Notes under the pieces: generated by a model
Databases searched by the model: none
Told to the model about the DNA's origin: nothing
Seen by the model: the letters and a program-made list of their open reading frames with translations, nothing else
Shown: piece after piece, positions 31,907 through 40,257 of the stretch
How positions within the stretch are numbered: the first letter of the stretch is position 1
Layout of the letters: every line of letters starts with the position of its first letter
Program-made: the position numbers and the translations under genes
Assembly: GCA_031380785.1 (NCBI GenBank)
Contig: JANMWU010000429.1
Span: forward strand, 1 to 40,257
Direction of reading: 5' to 3'
Length of the DNA stretch: 40,257 nt
Source: Gemmatimonadaceae bacterium
GTDB lineage: Bacteria > Gemmatimonadota > Gemmatimonadetes > Gemmatimonadales > Gemmatimonadaceae

Positions 31907-33924
31907 GGGATTACACGCAAGGTCTGGAAAGACACGCTCGATGTGCGCGGCAAACCCGGCCCATCGATGAATCGGCGAAACCACAACTCGATGCAGATGA
32001 GTGCGAAGATGGTGTAGCTGCCATCGATCCGGCCTTCAGCATCGAGTTGAATCAATCGGCGCACGGCACTGGCGTCGAAGATGCCACGCTGCCTCAGCGA
32101 TGAGGCGCTCAGGATTTCATCCACCAGGGGTCGGAGCTCGTTCTTCAGCCAGCCCCGGAGTGGGACGCCGAAGCCATTCTTCCCGCGATAGATCACGTCA
32201 TGGGGCAGATACGGTTCCATCGCTTTCTTGAAGATTGCCTTGCCGACCCGGCCCTGCTGCTTGTAGCGCGTCGGGATAGTCGTGGCGAAACGCACGAGAT
32301 CGAGATCGAGCAACGGCACTCGGACTTCGACGCCGACGGCCATGCCTGCGCGGTCGGTATAATTCAGGTTGTGATCGGCGAGAAAGTGGCGCGCCTCGAG
32401 ATACAGCATCCGCTGCAGCGGATCATGCTCATCAGGAATACGTCGCAGGCTCTCGAGCAGCGGCGCTGCCGTATCGACGCCCTCGACGCGGGACGCGAAC
32501 TCTGGCGTGTAAAGCGCGCGCCGGACAGCGTCCGTACTCCACATGAAGTACGACACCAAGCGGTGGTCCGCGTCCGCCCCGGCATGGGCGAACATTTTGG
32601 CGAATCGCCGGACTGCCGGAATGGACTGGGCGCCGCCGGACGCACCGACAACACCCGCAACGCGCTCGATTCCGGCGCGCGCCGCGTGCGGCAACCACGA
32701 CCAGCGCTGCTCGAAGTTCAGTGCCCAGTGTCGCCGATACCCGGTGAAGATGTCGTCCCCACCGGCGCCTGACAGCAGTACGGGAATCCCCATGGCACGC
32801 GCACGCTCGGCGATCATCAGGGCATTGATCGGTGCCGGATCGGCCTCAGGTTCGTCGAGGAGTTCGACAAGTTCAGGCAGACGGTCGATGGCACTCGCGT
32901 CCATCACGATTTCTTCGAGGCGGACGTTCAGGTGCTTCGCGACACGCCGGGCGTACGGAAGGTCGGGCGGATTGCCTTCATGATCAAACGCATCGCGAAA
33001 ACTGATCGTGAAGGTCGTGATTTCTTCGTCCGGCATCGTCGCACGCATCATGGCGACGATCGCGCTCGAATCGAGTCCGCCGGACAGGAACGCACCGACG
33101 GGCACGTCGGCAACCAGTTGCCGCTCGACGGCGGTTCGCAGTCGCTCCGCCAGCTCACATGCTATCGCGTCGGCGGGTTGCGTACTCGTCACGCCGTCGT
33201 AGGGCATGACGTAGTACGACCATTTCCGAACGATCACGCCGGCAGCGACGATCATTGCGTCGCCCGGCTCGAGTTTGCGAACGCACGCGAGCATTGTGCG
33301 TGGCGCCGGTGACCACAGGTACGCCAGCGTGTTGTGCAACGCGACGGGATCGATCGTACGCGGCAGGGACGGTTCCTCCAGCAACGATTTCAACTCGGAG
33401 CCGAAGAGAAATCCTCCATCGATCTGTGCGAAGTACAACGGCTTGACCCCGAGCGGGTCGCGCACGACGATCAAGCTGCCGCGTGAGACCCCCTCCGGTC
33501 GTCCGACCGGTCGGTCGTCGTGGATTGCGAACGCAAAGATACCATTCAGTCGCTCCAGCATCTGCAGGCCGTCTCGCTCGTAGAGATGCAGTAGCACCTC
33601 CGAGTCGGTGCGCGAGACGAACGTGTGCCCGTCGGACTCGAGTGCCGCGCGCAGCTCCCGGAAATTGTAGATCTCGCCGTTGAACACGAGCGTCAGCCCG
33701 GTCTGATCGCCTCCACCAGTGTCGCCGTGCGAGCACATCGGCTGCGCGCCCGCACTCGACAGATCGATGATGGAGAGACGTCGGTGGCCAAGACCGGTCG
33801 TATCCCGGCCGGTACCCCGCACAATAGTTCCCTGTCCGTCTGGACCGCGGTGCGCGACCGCGTCCGTCATGCGCTGCAGCAAGCCGTCGGAAAACGTGCC
33901 CTGAAATCCAGCGATTCCACACAT
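31903..33924 (-). CDS. asnB: Asparagine synthase (glutamine-hydrolysing) family amidotransferase
   Basis: 673 aa. It has MCGIAGF (the N-terminal Cys nucleophile of class II glutamine amidotransferases), FNGEIYN, and the PP-loop GAFLSGGLDSSAIVAMM. Confidence 0.9.
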   Translation of the reverse strand: MCGIAGFQGTFSDGLLQRMTDAVAHRGPDGQGTIVRGTGRDTTGLGHRRLSIIDLSSAGAQPMCSHGDTGGGDQTGLTLVFNGEIYNFRELRAALESDGHTFVSRTDSEVLLHLYERDGLQMLERLNGIFAFAIHDDRPVGRPEGVSRGSLIVVRDPLGVKPLYFAQIDGGFLFGSELKSLLEEPSLPRTIDPVALHNTLAYLWSPAPRTMLACVRKLEPGDAMIVAAGVIVRKWSYYVMPYDGVTSTQPADAIACELAERLRTAVERQLVADVPVGAFLSGGLDSSAIVAMMRATMPDEEITTFTISFRDAFDHEGNPPDLPYARRVAKHLNVRLEEIVMDASAIDRLPELVELLDEPEADPAPINALMIAERARAMGIPVLLSGAGGDDIFTGYRRHWALNFEQRWSWLPHAARAGIERVAGVVGASGGAQSIPAVRRFAKMFAHAGADADHRLVSYFMWSTDAVRRALYTPEFASRVEGVDTAAPLLESLRRIPDEHDPLQRMLYLEARHFLADHNLNYTDRAGMAVGVEVRVPLLDLDLVRFATTIPTRYKQQGRVGKAIFKKAMEPYLPHDVIYRGKNGFGVPLRGWLKNELRPLVDEILSASSLRQRGIFDASAVRRLIQLDAEGRIDGSYTIFALICIELWFRRFIDGPGLPRTSSVSFQTLRVIP

Positions 33925-33927
33925 GCG

Positions 33928-34950
33928 TCAGACGACTCCGTTTGGCGGCGTCCAGCCAGGCAGCACGGCCTGCAGCACGCGCGCGAGCCCGGCGCGGTGT
34001 GCCTCGTGGCTGAAGTTCGCGATGATGCGTGCTCGCGCGCGCGCGCCGAGCAGCTGGGCGGCGTCTGGATTGCTCAGCAGCCAGTTGATCTCACGTGCCA
34101 TGCCCACCGCGTCGTCGGGATCGACCAAGCGGCCGCAATCACCCACCACTTCGACAACGGCGCCGCGCGGGCTGGTGACAACAGGCAGTCCGCACGACAT
34201 CGCTTCTGCAATGCTCACCCCGAATCCTTCGTAGATCGTCGCCTGCGCGAGCATGGAGGCGCGCTGATAGATCGCAATCTTCTCCTCCGTGCTGACGCGC
34301 CCGGGAAATGTCACGGCTTGACCCACGCCGAGCGCCTCGACCTGCGCAACGAGATCCGGGTACGCATCCTCATGGCCACCGACCATCACGAAACGCGCGT
34401 CAGGATGCAGCGCCAGCACGTGCGGCACCGCCGCAATGACAGTTCCGAGCCGCTTGCGGATCGCGTTGCCGCGTGTGAGGTGACTGACCGTGACGATCGT
34501 CTTGCAAGGTGCGCGCGTGGCTGCTGGGCAATAAAGTGCTGTGTCGATCCCCTGATACACCATGTACAGGTGCTTGCCACCGAGTTGTGCGACGTACTCT
34601 CGCTCGACGTTGCAGATAGCCACATTCGCGGAAGCCAGCCGGACGCAGGCGCGCACAATGCTGCGCCGCAACAACCCGAGATCCTGCCACCAGCTCAGAT
34701 CGGGACTGAGCTGCAGCGTCCCCGTGAAAACGTTGGGTCGTCGCCTCGGCAGTGATTTCAGGAGTGAGAGAATCCCGGAGCCCCACCACCATGTGAAGTA
34801 GAGATCCGCGTCGCTCGGAAGCTCCGCGAATCGCGTCGCCGTGACGACTTCAAAGCCCAGTTCCCGCAGGGTGGTGATATCGTTGCGATAGAAATCAACC
34901 ACGTCGAGCAGCTTCGGATCCGCGACGCGTGCGAAAAATGCGACACGCAT
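33928..34950 (-). CDS. GT4-family glycosyltransferase
   Basis: 340 aa from MRVAFFARV. It has the EX7E region ATIYEGFGVSIAEAMSCGLPVV and FVMVGG. The ATG shares 1 nt with the upstream TGA (TGATG at 34948-34952). The 152-codon N-terminal extension in the ORF track lies inside the wzy-like gene and was rejected. Confidence 0.85.
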   Translation of the reverse strand: MRVAFFARVADPKLLDVVDFYRNDITTLRELGFEVVTATRFAELPSDADLYFTWWWGSGILSLLKSLPRRRPNVFTGTLQLSPDLSWWQDLGLLRRSIVRACVRLASANVAICNVEREYVAQLGGKHLYMVYQGIDTALYCPAATRAPCKTIVTVSHLTRGNAIRKRLGTVIAAVPHVLALHPDARFVMVGGHEDAYPDLVAQVEALGVGQAVTFPGRVSTEEKIAIYQRASMLAQATIYEGFGVSIAEAMSCGLPVVTSPRGAVVEVVGDCGRLVDPDDAVGMAREINWLLSNPDAAQLLGARARARIIANFSHEAHRAGLARVLQAVLPGWTPPNGVV

Positions 34951-36335
34951 CACATCGCGCCGATCAGTGCTTGCGCCGAGCCATTTTCGATTCGGAGGAC
35001 TGCCGGGCGTCGTCGTCTCAACGGGCTGAATATCCAGATGGCGATGATGAGGGGCAGCAACTTCAACCAGCCGAACAGCAATGACGCGAACTCCTGCTCG
35101 AATGGAAGGACGCGACTCAGCACGAAACTCGCGATGAGAATAACCGTCGGGCCGCCTTTCCCGCGCAGCCCGACACCCGCCACCGCACACGCTCCCGCCA
35201 GCACCAATGCCACCGCGAGGAACCCCGCGAGTCCGAGGTTGCCGTATGCGTCGGAAATCATGCAGGAATAATAGTCTGATTCTGCGATACCGGCGTACTG
35301 CAGGAGGAGAAAACTCTTCGAGGTCGTCAGCGCTCCGCGCTTCATCTGCTCGGTGAAATCCGTTCTGAAGATCGGATCGAGCTGCAGTAGCAGCGGTACG
35401 GCCCACGCCCGTCCGAGCGCGGGGCCTTGGGCTTCGACATTGTCCGCGATCAGTGCCATGAGATCGATGCCGTTCAGGCGCAGCTCGTATCCCTCTTCTC
35501 CACCGCCAGTCCGCCCGGACGGGTCGAGGTTCGATGGGTCGAACGCGCTTCCTCCGTTCGAAATACGCTCGCGGATATTCTCGGAAACACGAACGACGTA
35601 CAGTGCGGAAATGGCCAGCATCAGGATCAGCACAACGCGTTCAGGGCGCACGCGACGGGATTCCGGTGCAGTGATCAGCACCACGCCGGCCAGCGCGGCA
35701 ATGAACAGCACGCCAGCGAGGCGGGAATTCACGAGCACGTTCAACCCGTACAGTGAAGCGGTGACCACCAGGCAACTGCGCCAAAGCAGTTGTATCCAAC
35801 GCTGTGGAGGCTTCGCGATGCGCAACACCACTAAGGCGTAGATCGCGAAGAACGGCGCGAACTCCATGAAGGATCGGTAGATACCGAATTCGATCAGCGA
35901 GAGATCGAGTTGTGCGCCAGCAATTCCTTCCGCACCGAGCCGCCGGTAAAGCAGATTGCGTGTGAGCGCGACCCACAGCCAGCCAACGGCCATTAGAATA
36001 CTGCCAATCACGAATCCCACGCTGGCCAGCTGGTTCACGACGAGGTCTGGGGGCGCGGACCAGCGTCGCTCCAGACGAGCCGCGACGATGCGGTACGCGA
36101 CGAGAAAGGCGCCGCAGAACAGTGGCAGTGCCCACCACAGGAAAAAACTGTAGCGCGCCTGTGTGTTCGTTGGCAGACTGGCCGCAGCGATCGATGGCGC
36201 GATGAACATGTAAACAACGCCCTGTGCATACATCAATCCCGCGAAAATATCTCGCGGCCAGCGAAGCATTCCGGAAAGCATGGCGACCACCGGGAGCATC
36301 ATCGCGGCGAACGCCGCGATCCAAAGTGCGCTCAA
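34950..36335 (-). CDS. Polytopic membrane protein, candidate repeat-unit polymerase (Wzy-like)
   Basis: 461 aa with about 10 or more hydrophobic helices and one large polar loop (RISNGGSAFDPSNLDPSGRTGGGEEGYELRLNG...), an arrangement typical of Wzy. The call rests on topology and position between wzz and a GT. TTG start overlapping the wzz stop (TTGA); ATG 36302 is an alternative. Confidence 0.6.
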   Translation of the reverse strand: MSALWIAAFAAMMLPVVAMLSGMLRWPRDIFAGLMYAQGVVYMFIAPSIAAASLPTNTQARYSFFLWWALPLFCGAFLVAYRIVAARLERRWSAPPDLVVNQLASVGFVIGSILMAVGWLWVALTRNLLYRRLGAEGIAGAQLDLSLIEFGIYRSFMEFAPFFAIYALVVLRIAKPPQRWIQLLWRSCLVVTASLYGLNVLVNSRLAGVLFIAALAGVVLITAPESRRVRPERVVLILMLAISALYVVRVSENIRERISNGGSAFDPSNLDPSGRTGGGEEGYELRLNGIDLMALIADNVEAQGPALGRAWAVPLLLQLDPIFRTDFTEQMKRGALTTSKSFLLLQYAGIAESDYYSCMISDAYGNLGLAGFLAVALVLAGACAVAGVGLRGKGGPTVILIASFVLSRVLPFEQEFASLLFGWLKLLPLIIAIWIFSPLRRRRPAVLRIENGSAQALIGAM

Positions 36336-37396
36336 CTCGCCGCGCTTCGCCGAGTGGCCGTGCGGCGCGAAAATGCCGTTAGCGCGTCGAACTGCGGTCG
36401 ATCCTCGCGATAGAGTCGGCCGAGAAACGCGCGCAGGGCAGCCCAGAACAAAACCAACATGATGCCGAACACGCCGCCGCCGATGCCGGCGACAAGTCGA
36501 CTCGGGCTCGCCCGGCGCAGCGGAATCCGTGGCGGATCGACCACCGTCAGCACCGGTGTGTCATTGACCTCGTCGAGCCGCGCTGTGTCGTAGTCGCGAC
36601 GGATTCCGGTGTAAAGCGCCTGGTAGTTCGCCAGCGAGCGCTGGAGACGCTCGTACTCGAAACTCAGCGTCGGAGATTCACGATACTGACGGTTTCTCGT
36701 CAGGAAGGCACTGACGGAGCGGTCAACACTCGAGAGCGAGTCCTGCGCCTCGTGCAGTCGCGCTTCCGCAAAGCGTCGTCGCTGTCCAGCCTGCGACTGA
36801 CGAGTCGCGAGGTTGAACCGTCCGAGCGCATCGAGATACAACCAGACGACGCGAGCCGCGACGTTGCGATCTTTCAACGTGACGGCGAGTTCCAGAATAT
36901 TGGTCCGAGCGTTGACCGATGCATCCGTCGCTTCGCGCAGTCGGCGCAACGCGAGGTCGAGCTGCGCGTCGTCTCGCGCGCGTGAATCGACCAGGTAGTC
37001 CACCAGTAACACGCTGTCTCCACGCTCCGTCGCGACACGTGAGGCGAGGACTTCCTCCATCATCCGGCGAGAGTTGATCACCTGGATGTAGAACTGCGGA
37101 CTCTGAGCGCCCGAGGCCAACCCGACGCCAATCTGCGAGGCAAGGCCAGCGATCGCTCCAAGATTGGCGGCGCCCGTCGCTTTCGGTTGCTCAGGATACA
37201 CCTGCGCGAGCGCGCGGTACTTCTTGGGAACGGCAAACGACACGGCGATCGCGGCGATCGCCAGAAGGAAGGGCACAATCACGTAAGCCCGCCACGGTAG
37301 GAGCACCCAATCCAACGAACTCTGCGCGTCGGACGGGCCGTCCCATATGCTGCGGCGCTTGACGCCGCCGATCGATGCGTTCTCTACGAGAGCCAC
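36332..37396 (-). CDS. Wzz-like chain-length determinant (PCP-1 type)
   Basis: 354 aa. TM1 (AYVIVPFLLAIAAIAVSFAV) is followed by PKKYRALAQV, then a helical periplasmic region, and TM2 near the C-terminus (LVAGIGGGVFGIMLVLFWAAL). GTG start. Confidence 0.75.
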   Translation of the reverse strand: MALVENASIGGVKRRSIWDGPSDAQSSLDWVLLPWRAYVIVPFLLAIAAIAVSFAVPKKYRALAQVYPEQPKATGAANLGAIAGLASQIGVGLASGAQSPQFYIQVINSRRMMEEVLASRVATERGDSVLLVDYLVDSRARDDAQLDLALRRLREATDASVNARTNILELAVTLKDRNVAARVVWLYLDALGRFNLATRQSQAGQRRRFAEARLHEAQDSLSSVDRSVSAFLTRNRQYRESPTLSFEYERLQRSLANYQALYTGIRRDYDTARLDEVNDTPVLTVVDPPRIPLRRASPSRLVAGIGGGVFGIMLVLFWAALRAFLGRLYREDRPQFDALTAFSRRTATRRSAAS

Positions 37397-37514
37397 GGGG
37401 TGCGATTCAGGAAGCGGATGACAAAACGCAAGGTAAGGTGTCCGCTACATGTGAGGCCACGGCCGCTCACGGTTTAGCGACGCACGCCAAGTGACGGCTC
37501 GCACAAGCACATGG

Positions 37515-38849
37515 TCACGGAATGGCGGCGCGGTCGAAAGCCGACCGTGCGCTGAGACTATAGTTCAACCGCGTACTCGCGCTGACCACATAGGCGAGGG
37601 CGCTGATAGCTTCGCCCGCCACCACGGCAATCGCGGTCCCGATTGCGCCGAAGCGCGCTGTCAATGGCCAGCCCAGTCCGACCGTCACGGCAAGTGACAA
37701 GCTGTTGATCCACACGGTGTACCTCACGGCGCTGCACGCAACGAGCACCATTCCGGACATCGAGCTCAGCAGTCTGAACGGTACTGCGATCAGCAGGACA
37801 TACAGAATCGGAAGTGCGGGGCCGTACGACGGCAGGAAGACCTGCAGGATTGGCGCGGCGAAAACGGCAGTCACGCAGGCGAGCAGGACGCTGGCCCCCA
37901 GCGAGCCGAGCCCGACTTTCTTCACCAGCTCGTGCACAGCCCGGCGATCGTTCAGCCGAGCGACCAGTCGAGGCAGTGCAACACTCGGAATTGCGCCTGG
38001 CACAATAAGGATGGCGACGAGGGCGAGGCTGCTCAGGCCGAAGTATCCGATTGCCGGTCGACTGGCGCCGGCCGCATTCAGCATGAAGATGCCGGCGTTG
38101 TCGCCAGCGGTGCGGATCAGCAGCGACATCGCGATTCCCGAGCCCGCGCGCAGCAGGGTCGCTACCGATTTTCCGTCGGGAAGTGGGCCGGAAAGACTGA
38201 GCGTCGGGCCAATCGCACGCAGCATCATGCCGAGGAAGAGCGCCTCGCTCAGGTACCGTCCAACGATCCACCCGCGCAGCCCTCCAGCCCAGACCGCGAC
38301 GATGACAATGGCGAGCGAGATCAGCGACAGCACGACGGAGAATCCGGCGACTCGCTGAACCTGCTGCTTCCCCTGAAAATAGTTGAGACTGGTTCGCGAT
38401 CCTGCAGTTAGCGCGAGGATCCACGCCAATCCGCGCAGGTAACTCGGCGCCGGCTGGGCGAGCCAACCAGCAGCGAGCGTCGCGACCGCCGCGACGATCA
38501 GGCCGCCTACCACACTTATGGCGAGTAGGCCACCAACCATTCGCCCCTGCTCCGATTCACTCGCAAGCCCCGCAATCGTTGTGACCGCGAGCATGGGCAT
38601 GCCAATTGACGCGACGACGAGGAGCACGTTGAGCGTCGCCTCGACGGTGCGCACAACAGCGAAGTCAGCTGGCCCTGCGACCTTCGCAATCGTGAATTGC
38701 GTGAGATACGAAAGACCTTGCACGGCAAAGATGGCCACGATGTAGTGCAAGGTCCCGGCGTTGCGCGCAGCCTGTGCCGCACCCGACGCCCTGCCGATAC
38801 TCAGTTGCAGCCACGGGAGTTTTCTGGCCGATGGTTTTACTTCAGGCAA
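37515..38849 (-). CDS. wzx: Wzx-type flippase (MOP superfamily polysaccharide biosynthesis protein)
   Basis: 444 aa, hydrophobic throughout with about 12 helices. It carries Arg/Gly-containing short loops typical of MOP flippases and sits first in a wzx-wzz-wzy operon. The TTG start at 38849 is uncertain. Confidence 0.7.
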   Translation of the reverse strand: MPEVKPSARKLPWLQLSIGRASGAAQAARNAGTLHYIVAIFAVQGLSYLTQFTIAKVAGPADFAVVRTVEATLNVLLVVASIGMPMLAVTTIAGLASESEQGRMVGGLLAISVVGGLIVAAVATLAAGWLAQPAPSYLRGLAWILALTAGSRTSLNYFQGKQQVQRVAGFSVVLSLISLAIVIVAVWAGGLRGWIVGRYLSEALFLGMMLRAIGPTLSLSGPLPDGKSVATLLRAGSGIAMSLLIRTAGDNAGIFMLNAAGASRPAIGYFGLSSLALVAILIVPGAIPSVALPRLVARLNDRRAVHELVKKVGLGSLGASVLLACVTAVFAAPILQVFLPSYGPALPILYVLLIAVPFRLLSSMSGMVLVACSAVRYTVWINSLSLAVTVGLGWPLTARFGAIGTAIAVVAGEAISALAYVVSASTRLNYSLSARSAFDRAAIP

Positions 38850-39260
38850 AGGCGTCTCATTGGTGCAGGCTTACGCGGTCTTCGCACGCATGCTTGGCGA
38901 CCGCTCTTGGCATGTGGGAGCAAAGCGTGAAAAATGTTGAGTTCGCCCGAGTGCGGTTGGAAGCAAAGCTCCCCCGACGCGAACCTCCGCGCTATGCCCA
39001 TCGCTGTAACCTGAGGCTGAGTAACGCGAGGTAAGGCGGCTCGCGCCGAAGGACGGGCGAAACGACTCGAGGTCGCTTCGCGTCCGAGCAACGGTGACGC
39101 ATCCCTAACAAATGCATTGACTTACCGACATATTGCAATGGCGTTAACTCCCGTTCCGCGCCGGCTGCCATTGTGACCGATCAAGCTGTTCACGAGTATC
39201 CCAATTGCCGACGTTCTTTTCGCACCGCACACGCGGGCGCGTTTACCTCGATCAATCGCC
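38850..39260. promoter_or_regulatory. Divergent intergenic region between wzx (-) and the PglF-like gene (+); presumed promoters; contains two adjacent GC-rich stem-loops
   Basis: 411 nt without a credible ORF. Stem-loops: CGCGAG-9nt-CTCGCG (39025-39045) and an imperfect 13-bp stem (39051-39085). No promoter motif assigned. Confidence 0.35.
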
Positions 39261-40257
39261 ATGACGGGTGTCAAAACACCCCCATCGCAGCCTCGCGTAA
39301 CAACGACTCGCACACGTGCTCTTGTCGCGGCTGATATTGCACTAAGTCTCGCCGCAACGCTCATCGCCTACATCGCGCGATTCGAGACGTGGCCGCCCCC
39401 ACCGCAGTACCGCGACGGATTTGTCGTGTACGCCGCGCTGCTTTGCGTGAGCCGTGTCATCGTTTTCTTCATGACAGGCGCGTACGCCCAGGCGTGGCGA
39501 TACGCTAGCATCCGCGAAGCCATGCGACTGATCTACACCGGCGTAGTTGTCGCGATTCTGACTGTCGTGCTCGGCCTGATAATGGGTATCGCAGGCGGTA
39601 TCCGCGTGCCTTGGTCGGTGGTGCTTCTCGACACCAGCGTCTTCATGGGTTCTGCGATCAGCCTTCGGCTACTGGCGCGCGCGTGGCGCCAAAGTGCACT
39701 GGGACGCGTCAAGCCGTCACGGAAAGGGCGACAGACGTTGATCGTCGGTGCAGGCTCCGCAGGACAACTCGTTGTGCGAGAGATGCTCGATTCTGGCCGA
39801 ACCGGCATGATTCCGTTCGGCTTTCTCGACGATGACCCCACACTTCACGGCAAGCTCATCCTTAGCCTGCCGGTACTCGGGTACACTGTGGACATGGTCG
39901 ACATCGCCAAGGCTTCGAGCATCGACCTTGTCGTCATTGCGACGCCCTCTGCCCCTGGCTCCTTCATTCGCAAGATCGTCCAGCTCGCCCGAGAAGCCGG
40001 CGTCGAAGCACGAACGGTCCCCGGACTCGATGACCTCCTAAGTGGCCGCGTCTCCATCGCCGCCCTCCGCCAGGTCCAGATCGGCGACCTGCTCCGCCGC
40101 GAACCGGTCGAGGTCAACCTGCAGGGCCTGAAAACCATGGCCGCCGGTCGCACTATCCTCGTCACCGGTGCCGGCGGCTCCATCGGCAGCGAAATCTGCC
40201 GCCAGATTGCGACGCTCGAGCCGGGCCGCATCATCCTGCTCGGACACGGCGAAAACT
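39261..40257 (+). CDS. Membrane-anchored polysaccharide biosynthesis protein, PglF/CapD/WbpM-type UDP-GlcNAc 4,6-dehydratase; N-terminal 332 codons, continues past the right edge
   Basis: Absent from the ORF track because it runs off the window. Hand translation from ATG 39261 gives MTGVKTPPSQPR...ADIALSLAATLIAYIARF (TM helices), then RQTLIVGAGSAGQLVVREMLDSGRTGMIPFGFLDDDPTLHGKLILSLPVLG, DLVVIATPSA, and finally GRTILVTGAGGSIGSEICRQI, the hallmark of this family. Confidence 0.9.
   Translation, partial: MTGVKTPPSQPRVTTTRTRALVAADIALSLAATLIAYIARFETWPPPPQYRDGFVVYAALLCVSRVIVFFMTGAYAQAWRYASIREAMRLIYTGVVVAILTVVLGLIMGIAGGIRVPWSVVLLDTSVFMGSAISLRLLARAWRQSALGRVKPSRKGRQTLIVGAGSAGQLVVREMLDSGRTGMIPFGFLDDDPTLHGKLILSLPVLGYTVDMVDIAKASSIDLVVIATPSAPGSFIRKIVQLAREAGVEARTVPGLDDLLSGRVSIAALRQVQIGDLLRREPVEVNLQGLKTMAAGRTILVTGAGGSIGSEICRQIATLEPGRIILLGHGEN

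Noticed and set aside
33625-34755. 376-aa plus-strand ORF antisense to the asnB 5' end and the GT4 gene
   Set aside because: The product is Arg/His-rich and low in complexity. The minus strand encodes MCGIAGF... and an EX7E GT4 motif, so this is an antisense artefact.
34951-35406. 152-codon N-terminal extension of the GT4 ORF (ORF-track start 35406). The same issue applies to ORF-track starts at 3293 (OPX), 16842 (SDR), 19157 (GH-D), 29903 (wecB), 31984 (bi-domain) and 18630 (wHTH).
   Set aside because: These extensions lie inside the preceding gene, are Arg/Gly/Pro-rich, and precede the point where family homology begins. In each case a start codon overlapping or abutting the upstream stop fits better.
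37558-38466. 302-aa minus-strand and 217-aa plus-strand ORFs overlapping the wzx gene
   Set aside because: These are alternative frames of a hydrophobic-protein gene and give Arg/Pro-rich products. The 444-aa frame is the one that gives about 12 TM helices.
39122-39364. 80-aa minus-strand ORF spanning the start of the PglF-like gene
   Set aside because: It lies antisense to a clearly homologous gene start and spans the intergenic region. Its composition is not protein-like.
1-40257. Looked for tRNA/rRNA, CRISPR repeats, IS/transposase or integrase genes, toxin-antitoxin pairs and defence-system hallmarks (nucleases, helicases, Walker-A ATPases)
   Set aside because: I recognised none by eye on either strand. 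The only T-loop-like GGTTCGAA strings lie inside coding sequence without tRNA context. The absence call is limited by manual inspection; tRNAscan-SE, Infernal and defence-system HMM scans would be decisive.

Overview
High-GC bacterial chromosomal segment, G+C visibly above 60% except in a few intergenic dips. It is packed almost end to end with cell-surface polysaccharide genes. I found no rRNA, tRNA, CRISPR array, transposase or integrase. The ORF track uses GTG and TTG starts and omits ORFs that run off the window or are shorter than 60 aa. Many long opposite-strand ORFs are high-GC shadow ORFs. I see three blocks. (A) 1-9441, minus strand, is an export and initiation module. It holds a WbaP-like polytopic phosphoglycosyl transferase (PGT), then a seven-gene operon running leftward from 7258. 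That operon encodes an atypical nucleotidyltransferase/LbH protein, a paralogous nucleotidyltransferase-like/LbH domain fused to a monotopic PGT, a predicted outer-membrane beta-barrel, a short Wza-like OPX lipoprotein, a 57-aa two-TM mini-ORF missing from the ORF track, a kinase-less PCP, and a Wzy/ligase-like membrane protein cut by the window edge. (B) 9640-14855 holds two divergent Wzi-like paralogues whose start codons are 25 nt apart, then a DegT-type sugar aminotransferase converging on and overlapping a PglC-like small PGT. (C1) 14969-25409, plus strand, is a ten-gene block with no glycosyltransferase and mostly overlapping stop/start junctions. It encodes a mutarotase-like protein, a zinc-ribbon methyltransferase, an SDR, an extended SDR with FxxxK in place of YxxxK, a wHTH plus Rossmann-like putative regulator, a GH27/36-like alpha-galactosidase, an ATP-grasp ligase, two more SDRs and a second methyltransferase. 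(C2) 25479-38849, minus strand, is a nine-gene Wzx/Wzy-type operon: Wzx, Wzz, Wzy, GT4, AsnB-type amidotransferase, MDR-Gfo/Idh/MocA bi-domain oxidoreductase, WecB, a heparinase II/III-like protein and a WbuB-like GT4. A PglF/CapD-like 4,6-dehydratase starts at 39261 and runs off the right edge. The most unusual items are the signature-less nucleotidyltransferase/LbH pair with one copy fused to a PGT, the GT-free tailoring operon with its embedded regulator and apparent pseudo-enzyme, the short OPX plus beta-barrel pair, and the back-to-back Wzi paralogues. All family calls come from motif recognition by eye; no database search was run.
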